From an uncultured Candidatus Actinomarina sp. (GTDB lineage Bacteria; Actinomycetota; Acidimicrobiia; Actinomarinales; Actinomarinaceae), in assembly GCA_902613615.1 (NCBI GenBank), contig CACMHQ010000001.1, positions 204,567 through 268,566 of the forward strand: DNA of 64,000 nt, given 5' to 3'. The number at the start of each line of letters is the position of its first letter. Position 1 is the first letter of the stretch. This document shows, in pieces, positions 57,273 to 64,000 of the stretch. Below the pieces are notes generated by a model that saw only the letters and a program-made list of their open reading frames with translations, ran no database searches and was not told the origin of the DNA. The position numbers were made by a program, and so were the translations under genes.

Positions 57273-59282
57273 TTGTGTATGCATAAAAAATTACATAAAG
57301 ATTTATTTACAAAAAGAAATAAGAAAAGAAACTATCCCCCTGTAAATAAAATAACAATTTTTCCATCAGATAAAGAGGATATTGAAATTGAAGAAAGTGT
57401 CGTTGTTGTTAATAAGAAAAAATATAATCGTTTAGCTTTACTTACAACAATTATTGCCTCAGGTCTAATTATTTTTGGTTATTCATTTTTTTATAGTAAT
57501 TCTCAGAGTGCAATAAATTTATTATCTGTTGAGCAAAATGAAACAATTTCTGAAGACTTTAACGCGACAACATCCTCAACATCCTCAACATCAACAACAA
57601 CAACTTCAACATCCTCAACTTCAACAACAACAACTTCAACAACAACTACTGTGCCTGTTATTGTTCAAAACATTACAGATGCTCAGAATCAACTTACAAT
57701 TCTTGGTTTATATACCGGTGAAATTAATAATGAACTTAATAATGAAACTAAAGCTGCATTAAAAGAGTTCCAGAGGCTTGCTGGACTCACTGTTGATGGT
57801 ATTTTAGGACCAAACACTAAAGCAGCATTAGAAAAAGGCGAGGATTCATATATTGATATTGGTGGTGCTGATGTTAATAATGTTGAAATTATTATTTACT
57901 CTAAAGAAATTGAAAATGCTCAAAAAACACTAAAAGAGTTGAGTCTATACACTGGTGAAATAGACGGTATTAATGGAAAAGATACCAAATCTGCAATCAA
58001 GGAATTTCAAAAATTAGCTGGGTTAACCATTGATGGTGTACTTGGGCCAAACACTAAAGCAGCATTAGAAAAAGGCGAGGATTCATATGTATCTGTAAAT
58101 ACAATTAAAGGCAGTTCTTCATCTAATAACGGGGCATTAACTGTTGATTTGATTAACTATGACCCAAATGGTACATGTATTGATGGATATGTTAATGACT
58201 CACGAATTTGGGTTCCTGATCCTTGTTTTTATCCTGTACTTGTTTTTAGATATGGAAAAACTGCGCAGGTAAATTCACAAGCTGAATTAGACGCTTATTT
58301 AAGTCAAAATTGGTCAACAACTAAAGAAACAACATATAGTTCTCTTGGTGAAGTTCCTACACAGAACTATACAAGAGGTGTTAATTCTCCTGTAAATGGA
58401 TTAATAATGCCATCTGGTTCAAATAACTCAATTGTTATTGGTATTAAGAATGACAATAACGTTAATGCTAGACCACAATCTGGACCTCAAAATGCAGATG
58501 CTGTTTTTGAAGTACTTGTTGAAGGTGGTATGACAAGGTTTATTAACATATTTTATCAGAGTGATACAAATTATCACGGTCCAATTAGATCTGCAAGACC
58601 AACTGATCCTACAGTTTTAAGACCTATCGGTGGTGTACTTGTAGCTAGTGGAGCAACTGGTGGATTGATTCCTGAAATAGTTGATATGGGAGTACCTGTT
58701 ATAACAGATAGAAGACCAGATTATTTTAGGATTTCTTCTAGAAGAGCCCCACATAATTTGTATGCAGATACAACCAAATTGAAATCTACAGCAATGTCTA
58801 GAGGATATAGAAAAACCAATACACCACAACCTTTGTTTCCTTGGGGTGAACCTTCTTTTGATAATTGGAAAACAAATTCATACTTAACATTAACTTTTTC
58901 TGGATACACAGAGACAACATGGACATGGAATGGATCAAATTATGTTAGGACATATTATGATGCCTACAAAAATCAAAAGAATGATAATGTTCATTACTGG
59001 TCTGATATAAATGGAAATAAAGGACAGATCGCATTTAAAACTGTAATTGCATTATTTTGTGAACCATATGTTCATCCTTTACAGCTACCTTCAGTTAAAA
59101 CTGTTGGTGAAGGTAGAGCAATAATTTTACATGGTGGAAAAATGTTGGATGCTAAATGGAAACGAGGATCAAATTTAGATCCATTTCATATTGTTGATAG
59201 TAACAACAACATATTGTATGTTCCTAAAGGAAAAGTATGGATTTCTCTTGTTCCGAACACAAAAAATCCTTCTTTTGGCTAA
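57273..59282 (+). CDS. membrane-anchored protein: S/T-rich linker, two PG_binding_1 domains and a DUF3048 domain
   Basis: TM helix LALLTTIIASGLIIFGYSFF. Contains 2x LKEFQ.LAGLT.DG.LGPNTKAAL and NARPQSGPQNADAVFEVLVEGGMTRFINIFY..GPIRSARPTD. The likely start is the ATG at 57279. Confidence 0.7.
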   Translation: MCMHKKLHKDLFTKRNKKRNYPPVNKITIFPSDKEDIEIEESVVVVNKKKYNRLALLTTIIASGLIIFGYSFFYSNSQSAINLLSVEQNETISEDFNATTSSTSSTSTTTTSTSSTSTTTTSTTTTVPVIVQNITDAQNQLTILGLYTGEINNELNNETKAALKEFQRLAGLTVDGILGPNTKAALEKGEDSYIDIGGADVNNVEIIIYSKEIENAQKTLKELSLYTGEIDGINGKDTKSAIKEFQKLAGLTIDGVLGPNTKAALEKGEDSYVSVNTIKGSSSSNNGALTVDLINYDPNGTCIDGYVNDSRIWVPDPCFYPVLVFRYGKTAQVNSQAELDAYLSQNWSTTKETTYSSLGEVPTQNYTRGVNSPVNGLIMPSGSNNSIVIGIKNDNNVNARPQSGPQNADAVFEVLVEGGMTRFINIFYQSDTNYHGPIRSARPTDPTVLRPIGGVLVASGATGGLIPEIVDMGVPVITDRRPDYFRISSRRAPHNLYADTTKLKSTAMSRGYRKTNTPQPLFPWGEPSFDNWKTNSYLTLTFSGYTETTWTWNGSNYVRTYYDAYKNQKNDNVHYWSDINGNKGQIAFKTVIALFCEPYVHPLQLPSVKTVGEGRAIILHGGKMLDAKWKRGSNLDPFHIVDSNNNILYVPKGKVWISLVPNTKNPSFG

Positions 59283-59357
59283 ATAGCTTTACTTTTTAGA
59301 AATGTTCGTGGTAATCTAAGAGTGCGTTTCAATTAAGTGTGATACGCAGCCCTGTTG

Positions 59358-59388
59358 GGAAGCCTCCTTTTTGGGGGCTTCCGTTTTT
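59358..59388 (+). terminator. GC-rich intrinsic terminator
   Basis: 10-bp stem GGAAGCCTCC/GGGGGCTTCC (one G-T pair), a TTTTT loop, then GTTTTT. It abuts the stop of the convergent gene at 59389. Confidence 0.7.
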
Positions 59389-60330
59389 CTAGAGCTTCTC
59401 AGATAATATATCTAATGTATCGCCCCAAACTATATCAGGGACATATGCTATTAAGTAATCACAGTCAACAGAAGAAAATTCATCAATCGTTTCAAATACT
59501 TTATCTTTTACTCCAACAAGTGGTTTGCTTGTATACATCTCCTCAGGAATACCTGTAACTTGGACAATTTTACTTAATTTGTCATCTAAATCTTTCTGAT
59601 TATCTCCAATAATCACATTCGTATGAAGAGTTTTTTTTATTTCTGAATAACCACGTTTTTGTACTTCACAATGCTCTTTTAATATTTTTGATTTATGTAC
59701 AAAACCCTTTACGTCAACATCCCAATTTCCATAATCACCGTATTTTGCAAGTAATTTCAGAGTAACTTTTTCTCCACCGCCACATACCCAAAGTGGTGGA
59801 TATGGTTTTTGTAAAGGTTTTGGTTGGTTTATTGCCTCTCTTATTTGATAGTATTCTCCTTCAAATGTTGCTTTCTCTTGTGTTGTCATAGCGATATATA
59901 TTTGTAAAGCTTCTTCCAGCATTTTTAATCTCACACCTGCGGATGGATATTCATATCCATAAGCTTTATATTCTTGATCATACCAACCTGCACCAATTGC
60001 AAATTCTAATCTTCCTCCAGACATTGCATCGATACTTGAAGCTACCTTAGTTAAATATGCAGGATTTCTATAAGAATTACAAGTACACATTTGTCCAATT
60101 CTTACTTCACTTGTAACTTGGGACAATGCAGCCATTAATGACCAACATTCGAATGTAGGATCTTGTGATGGTGATGGTACAGTATGGAAATGATCATAAA
60201 CCCATACAGACTCAAATTTTAGTTTTTCAATTTTTGTTGATGCTTCAAGAATTGCATCCCATTGTTTTTCTGGTTTAATACCATTTAAATCCATTCTCCA
60301 ACCTTGTGGTACCATAGCTCCTATTTTCAT
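59389..60330 (-). CDS. LLM-class F420-dependent oxidoreductase
   Basis: Luciferase-like pattern (SVWVYDH, GRLEFAIGAGW, LWVCGGGEK). Confidence 0.8.
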   Translation of the reverse strand: MKIGAMVPQGWRMDLNGIKPEKQWDAILEASTKIEKLKFESVWVYDHFHTVPSPSQDPTFECWSLMAALSQVTSEVRIGQMCTCNSYRNPAYLTKVASSIDAMSGGRLEFAIGAGWYDQEYKAYGYEYPSAGVRLKMLEEALQIYIAMTTQEKATFEGEYYQIREAINQPKPLQKPYPPLWVCGGGEKVTLKLLAKYGDYGNWDVDVKGFVHKSKILKEHCEVQKRGYSEIKKTLHTNVIIGDNQKDLDDKLSKIVQVTGIPEEMYTSKPLVGVKDKVFETIDEFSSVDCDYLIAYVPDIVWGDTLDILSEKL

Positions 60331-60716
60331 TTTTTATTCATCCTTTTTAGTATTGATAATAAGTCAGTTATATCTTCTTGTTTTGGTTTTTTCTTATATA
60401 AATATATCAAAAAGATCAAAACAGTAGCCAGAAAAATTAGGCTAATTCCAGAAGTTATTAGTACTATATAAGCTTTTTGTTGGCAATACTTCCAATTCAC
60501 TCTTTTTTCTTGGGTAAAATCGACAATATCTACAGTGTTAATAACTTCATATATATTCCCACATTGAACTTCATAGGTTCTGAAAATTTCATAAGAAATA
60601 CCAAAATATTCAATAGTTATAGTCGAAAAAACGTTAACTATCACCGTAATAATGAGAAAAATTATTATTCCTATAGGAAATTTTATATTAAACATTATCA
60701 ATATAAACTTTAACAA
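60327..60716 (-). CDS. hypothetical membrane protein
   Basis: Two TM helices. The listed start is a TTG at 60716; an ATG at 60695 (MFNIKF) is equally plausible. Confidence 0.35.
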   Translation of the reverse strand: MLKFILIMFNIKFPIGIIIFLIITVIVNVFSTITIEYFGISYEIFRTYEVQCGNIYEVINTVDIVDFTQEKRVNWKYCQQKAYIVLITSGISLIFLATVLIFLIYLYKKKPKQEDITDLLSILKRMNKK

Positions 60717-61295
60717 ATGGAAAAATTAACCGTTTATCTAGATCAATTAAAAAGAATGAGATCAATGAATAGGTATTATCATGATCAATTTTTATTAGAT
60801 GTCAGAATATTATTTATATTAAATACAGTATTTTTATTTATTTCATTACAGAATATTTACGCTCTATATGTACTTCCATTAATTTCACTATTCGGATCAG
60901 TATTATTAAGTTTTCATGCATATTTTTTGATATTTTCTAGACAATACAGTGAATACATTGAATTAAAAATAAATAATGAATTAGGAGAAGATGTTTTAAT
61001 TGGACATGAACTCGAAAATGATTACTTCTTTCCGATTAATGATAAAAAGATTGTAGTTGCAGTATTAGGAAGAGGATTTACATGGTTTAGTTTTGTAACA
61101 TTTTTTATAACAGCTTATGGTCTTGGAACTTTTTTATATTCTATTTATCAAATTTATTCAAAATCTTTAAATTTCACTTTTCTTGTTTTAATTATTATTG
61201 TTTTAATTGTGACTGTTATTATCGGTATTTGGTGGTTTGTATCCGGTACTGGTGAAAAAAGATTAAACAAGATTTTTGAGAAGTATGGAAAATAA
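60717..61295 (+). CDS. hypothetical polytopic membrane protein
   Basis: ORF with four hydrophobic helices and no recognised family. Confidence 0.35.
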   Translation: MEKLTVYLDQLKRMRSMNRYYHDQFLLDVRILFILNTVFLFISLQNIYALYVLPLISLFGSVLLSFHAYFLIFSRQYSEYIELKINNELGEDVLIGHELENDYFFPINDKKIVVAVLGRGFTWFSFVTFFITAYGLGTFLYSIYQIYSKSLNFTFLVLIIIVLIVTVIIGIWWFVSGTGEKRLNKIFEKYGK

Positions 61296-61665
61296 AAATT
61301 TTACAGAAGGTACTTTTGATGATTTCATAAATCATGAAATATTAGAGATTAGTGAAAATTATATTAAGAGTTCTTTAGTCGTTGAAGATTATCATAAACA
61401 ACCAATGGGAATGGTTCATGGTGGTGTGATTGATACTATGGCAGAAGCGTCAATTTCTTATGCTGCATACTACACCCAAGAAGGAACATGGGTTGGAGTT
61501 AATAACAATACTGACTTTATCAAAGCAGTTACTGAAGGTACGATAATTTGTGAAGCTACTCCAATTAAGTTAGGTAAAAGATCTCAGATTTGGGAAGCAA
61601 TACTAAGTAATAATGACGAAGTGTGTGCAAGGTCAACTGTAAGATTGACTAACATAGATAAATAA
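61276..61665 (+). CDS. PaaI-family hotdog-fold thioesterase
   Basis: HGGVIDTMAEAS motif. Size 129 aa. Confidence 0.75.
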   Translation: MRSMENKNFTEGTFDDFINHEILEISENYIKSSLVVEDYHKQPMGMVHGGVIDTMAEASISYAAYYTQEGTWVGVNNNTDFIKAVTEGTIICEATPIKLGKRSQIWEAILSNNDEVCARSTVRLTNIDK

Positions 61666-62288
61666 TGAAAAAGTTTTTGATATTATTTTTGTTAATTACT
61701 TTTTGTGGTGATGACGAAAGTATTCAAGAGGATAGTGTAATTGAAACAGAGGAAACAATAATGACATACGATAAAACATACGATAGTAAACCTGAATTTA
61801 CGATAGATACTAGTAAGCAATATACAGCAGAAATTAAAACTTCCTCTGGTGACATGATAATTGAGTTATTTACTGAAACTGCGCCTAATACCGTTAATAA
61901 TTTTATTTCATTATCACAGGATGGATATTACAACAATGTTATATTTCATCGCGTTATCAAGGATTTTATGATACAGGGTGGAGATCCTAGTGGTACTGGA
62001 CATGGACAAATGGGCAAGTATCCAGGTTATGAATTCGAAGATGAACTGAATAATCCGATTCCTTATGAGAAGGGAATTTTAGCAATGGCAAATCGGGGGC
62101 CTAATACTAACGGTAGTCAATTCTTCATAATGCATGCTGATTACCCTTTGCCGTATCAATATACAATATTTGGTAAGGTAACAGATGGTTTTGATGTTAT
62201 TGATACCATTGCAAGTGTTGAAACAGATACTTCTGATAAACCTTTGGATGATATAGTAATAAATTCGATTGTAATTAAAGAGAATTAA
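61665..62288 (+). CDS. cyclophilin-type peptidyl-prolyl cis-trans isomerase, lipoprotein
   Basis: Lipobox LLITFCG. FHRVIKDFMIQGGDP and GPNTNGSQFFI motifs. Confidence 0.9.
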   Translation: MKKFLILFLLITFCGDDESIQEDSVIETEETIMTYDKTYDSKPEFTIDTSKQYTAEIKTSSGDMIIELFTETAPNTVNNFISLSQDGYYNNVIFHRVIKDFMIQGGDPSGTGHGQMGKYPGYEFEDELNNPIPYEKGILAMANRGPNTNGSQFFIMHADYPLPYQYTIFGKVTDGFDVIDTIASVETDTSDKPLDDIVINSIVIKEN

Positions 62289-62841
62289 GAAATTTTAAAG
62301 ATTTTTTAGTTAATATTCCTCCAGCTAAACCTTTTTTTGAACCTTTAAGATATCCTTTTGTGAAACATTCTTTTGTAAGATTCTTGACATAAGATTCTTT
62401 ATATATAATTTTTTCACTAATTTTTCTTGATATATTTTCACCATATTCTCTTTCAGTGTTTAAGTACAATAAAGAATAGATAGCTAACAAATCTGATCTT
62501 TTGTTGTATTCCTTCTTATTTATTCTTTTTATTAAATCCTTTGATTTAAGTATTGGATCGTAAATCGGTGAGCTATTTTTATATGTTTTTTTATCTAAAT
62601 CAATATTTTTATCAATTAATTTAATACTTGTTTTGACCAAATTGTGGATATTTATTTTCCTTAAATCTGTTGAATTAATATTGGTGGATTTCTCTTTATT
62701 TTCAATAACTATTTTATTACATGTCAGCTGATATTGATTTATTGGTATAAATTCAAGTTTTACAATCTGGTTTTTTATTAATTTTTTAAAAGAAACTACA
62801 ATCTTGTTTAGTTCAAATATTACATCTGTAGTTTTATTCAT
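62275..62841 (-). CDS. hypothetical Lys/Asn-rich protein
   Basis: ORF only. Very AT-rich, with no recognisable motif. Confidence 0.3.
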   Translation of the reverse strand: MNKTTDVIFELNKIVVSFKKLIKNQIVKLEFIPINQYQLTCNKIVIENKEKSTNINSTDLRKINIHNLVKTSIKLIDKNIDLDKKTYKNSSPIYDPILKSKDLIKRINKKEYNKRSDLLAIYSLLYLNTEREYGENISRKISEKIIYKESYVKNLTKECFTKGYLKGSKKGLAGGILTKKSLKFLNSL

Positions 62842-62917
62842 ATATTTATTAAAACAGATGTTTAATTAATTTATAGTTTCTTAGGTAGAATAAATAAATA
62901 ATTAATATACAAAAGTA

Positions 62918-64000
62918 ATGATAAATATAACATTTCCTGATAAATCAGTTAGAAAATATGATTCAAGCATCACTGGTTATGATTTAGCTAAATCAATTAG
63001 CAATAGTCTTGCTAAAAATGCTATTTGTATTGAAATTAACGGTGAATTGAAAGACCTTTCATTTGTAATTGATAATGATTCAGTTTGTAAAGTTTTTACT
63101 AAAGATGATCAATATTCCCTTGATACATTACGTCATTCAACAGCACATGTATTAGCACAAGCTGTCTTAAACCTATATCCAGGCACTGAGTTTGCAATTG
63201 GTCCATCCATTGATGATGGTTTTTACTATGATTTCCTCTTTGAAGAAAATATTAAAGAGTCTGACTTAATAAAAATTGAAAATGAAATGAGAAGAATCAG
63301 TAAATCTCAGCAAGATTTTGTCAGAAAGGAAATTACGAAAGATCAAGCACATAAAATGTTTAGTAAACAATCATTTAAACAAGAACTAATTAATTCAACT
63401 GACAAAAGTGAAGGTGTTTCTGATGAAAATATTTCAATTTATACAAATGATAAATTTAATGATTTATGTAGAGGACCACATGTTCAAAATACTAGTTTAA
63501 TAAATCATTTCAAATTAACTAAACTTGCCGGAGCTTATTGGAGAGGTATAGAAACAAATCCACAGTTGCAAAGAATTTATGGTACAGCTTGGTTTACCAA
63601 AGATGATTTAGATAGTTATTTAAAAAGACAAGAAGAAGCTGAGAAGCGTGATCATAGAAAATTAGGAAACGAATTAGATTTATTTATTAGTACTGAAGAA
63701 ACTGGTCCTGGACAATTTTTGTGGAAACCAAAAGGAGCTGTATTAAGGCAAATCATAGAAGACTACTCAAAAAAAGCACACTCTGAAAATGGTTATGACT
63801 ATGCTTACACTCCACATATTGGTAGATCTGTCTTATGGGAAACATCCGGCCATTTAGATTATTACAAAGAGGGGATGTTTCCTCCATTAAAGAATAATGA
63901 AAACGATGAAGAGTATTATCTCAAACCAATGAATTGTCCATTTCATATTCTTATATATAAGAGTGATATTCGGTCTTACAAAGAGCTACCTCTTAGATAT
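62918..64000 (+). CDS. thrS: threonine--tRNA ligase (3' end cut by window edge)
   Basis: Not in the ORF track because it is open to the window end. TGS-domain N-terminus (MINITFPDKSVRKY), editing-domain HS.AH, and the class-II motif region (PMNCPFH). Confidence 0.9.
   Translation, partial: MINITFPDKSVRKYDSSITGYDLAKSISNSLAKNAICIEINGELKDLSFVIDNDSVCKVFTKDDQYSLDTLRHSTAHVLAQAVLNLYPGTEFAIGPSIDDGFYYDFLFEENIKESDLIKIENEMRRISKSQQDFVRKEITKDQAHKMFSKQSFKQELINSTDKSEGVSDENISIYTNDKFNDLCRGPHVQNTSLINHFKLTKLAGAYWRGIETNPQLQRIYGTAWFTKDDLDSYLKRQEEAEKRDHRKLGNELDLFISTEETGPGQFLWKPKGAVLRQIIEDYSKKAHSENGYDYAYTPHIGRSVLWETSGHLDYYKEGMFPPLKNNENDEEYYLKPMNCPFHILIYKSDIRSYKELPLRY

Noticed and set aside
59296-59312. Possible LexA half-site (AAATGTTCG) downstream of the DUF3048 gene
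   Set aside because: Only the right half matches. The left half (TTAG) does not fit GAAC, and the site lies between convergent gene ends.
62842-62917. T-box leader upstream of thrS
   Set aside because: Only 76 nt are available, and I see no specifier or antiterminator architecture. This is too short for a T-box.

Overview
Very AT-rich (roughly one-third GC by eye), extremely gene-dense chromosomal segment with about 65 protein genes, 3 tRNAs and almost no intergenic DNA. No rRNA, CRISPR, transposase or integrase is visible. Gene content and order look actinobacterial. The run dapB-dapA-ftsK ... cinA-recA-miaB-miaA-dapF ... lexA / LysM / nrdR ... dut mirrors, as far as I recall, the conserved Mycobacterium-type arrangement. 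There are also three luciferase-like (F420-type) oxidoreductases, a deazaflavin-dependent (DDN-family) protein and a DinB/mycothiol-type protein. The window is therefore consistent with a streamlined low-GC marine or freshwater actinobacterium; this is inference and cannot be verified here. Other content: phnCDEE transporter, gcvH-T-PA-PB, glpK, a GH1 glycosidase, ggt, several S/T-rich exported lipoproteins, and thrS cut by the window end. Most notable observations: (1) a TlpA-like thioredoxin-fold lipoprotein whose first active-site Cys codon is an in-frame TGA followed by a SECIS-like hairpin, making it a candidate selenoprotein; (2) an orphan CobS/CobT-like AAA+/VWA pair with no other cob gene in the window; (3) a divergent umuD/umuC pair with a non-canonical 18-bp palindrome, whereas recA and lexA carry clear GAAC-N4-GTTC boxes; (4) a membrane-anchored 854-aa IF2_N-domain protein with S/T-rich linkers; (5) tandem DUF3048 paralogues, one fused to duplicated peptidoglycan-binding domains; (6) a tRNA-Val with C at position 33. 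I found no clear multi-gene defence or mobile system; most of the window is ordinary core genome.
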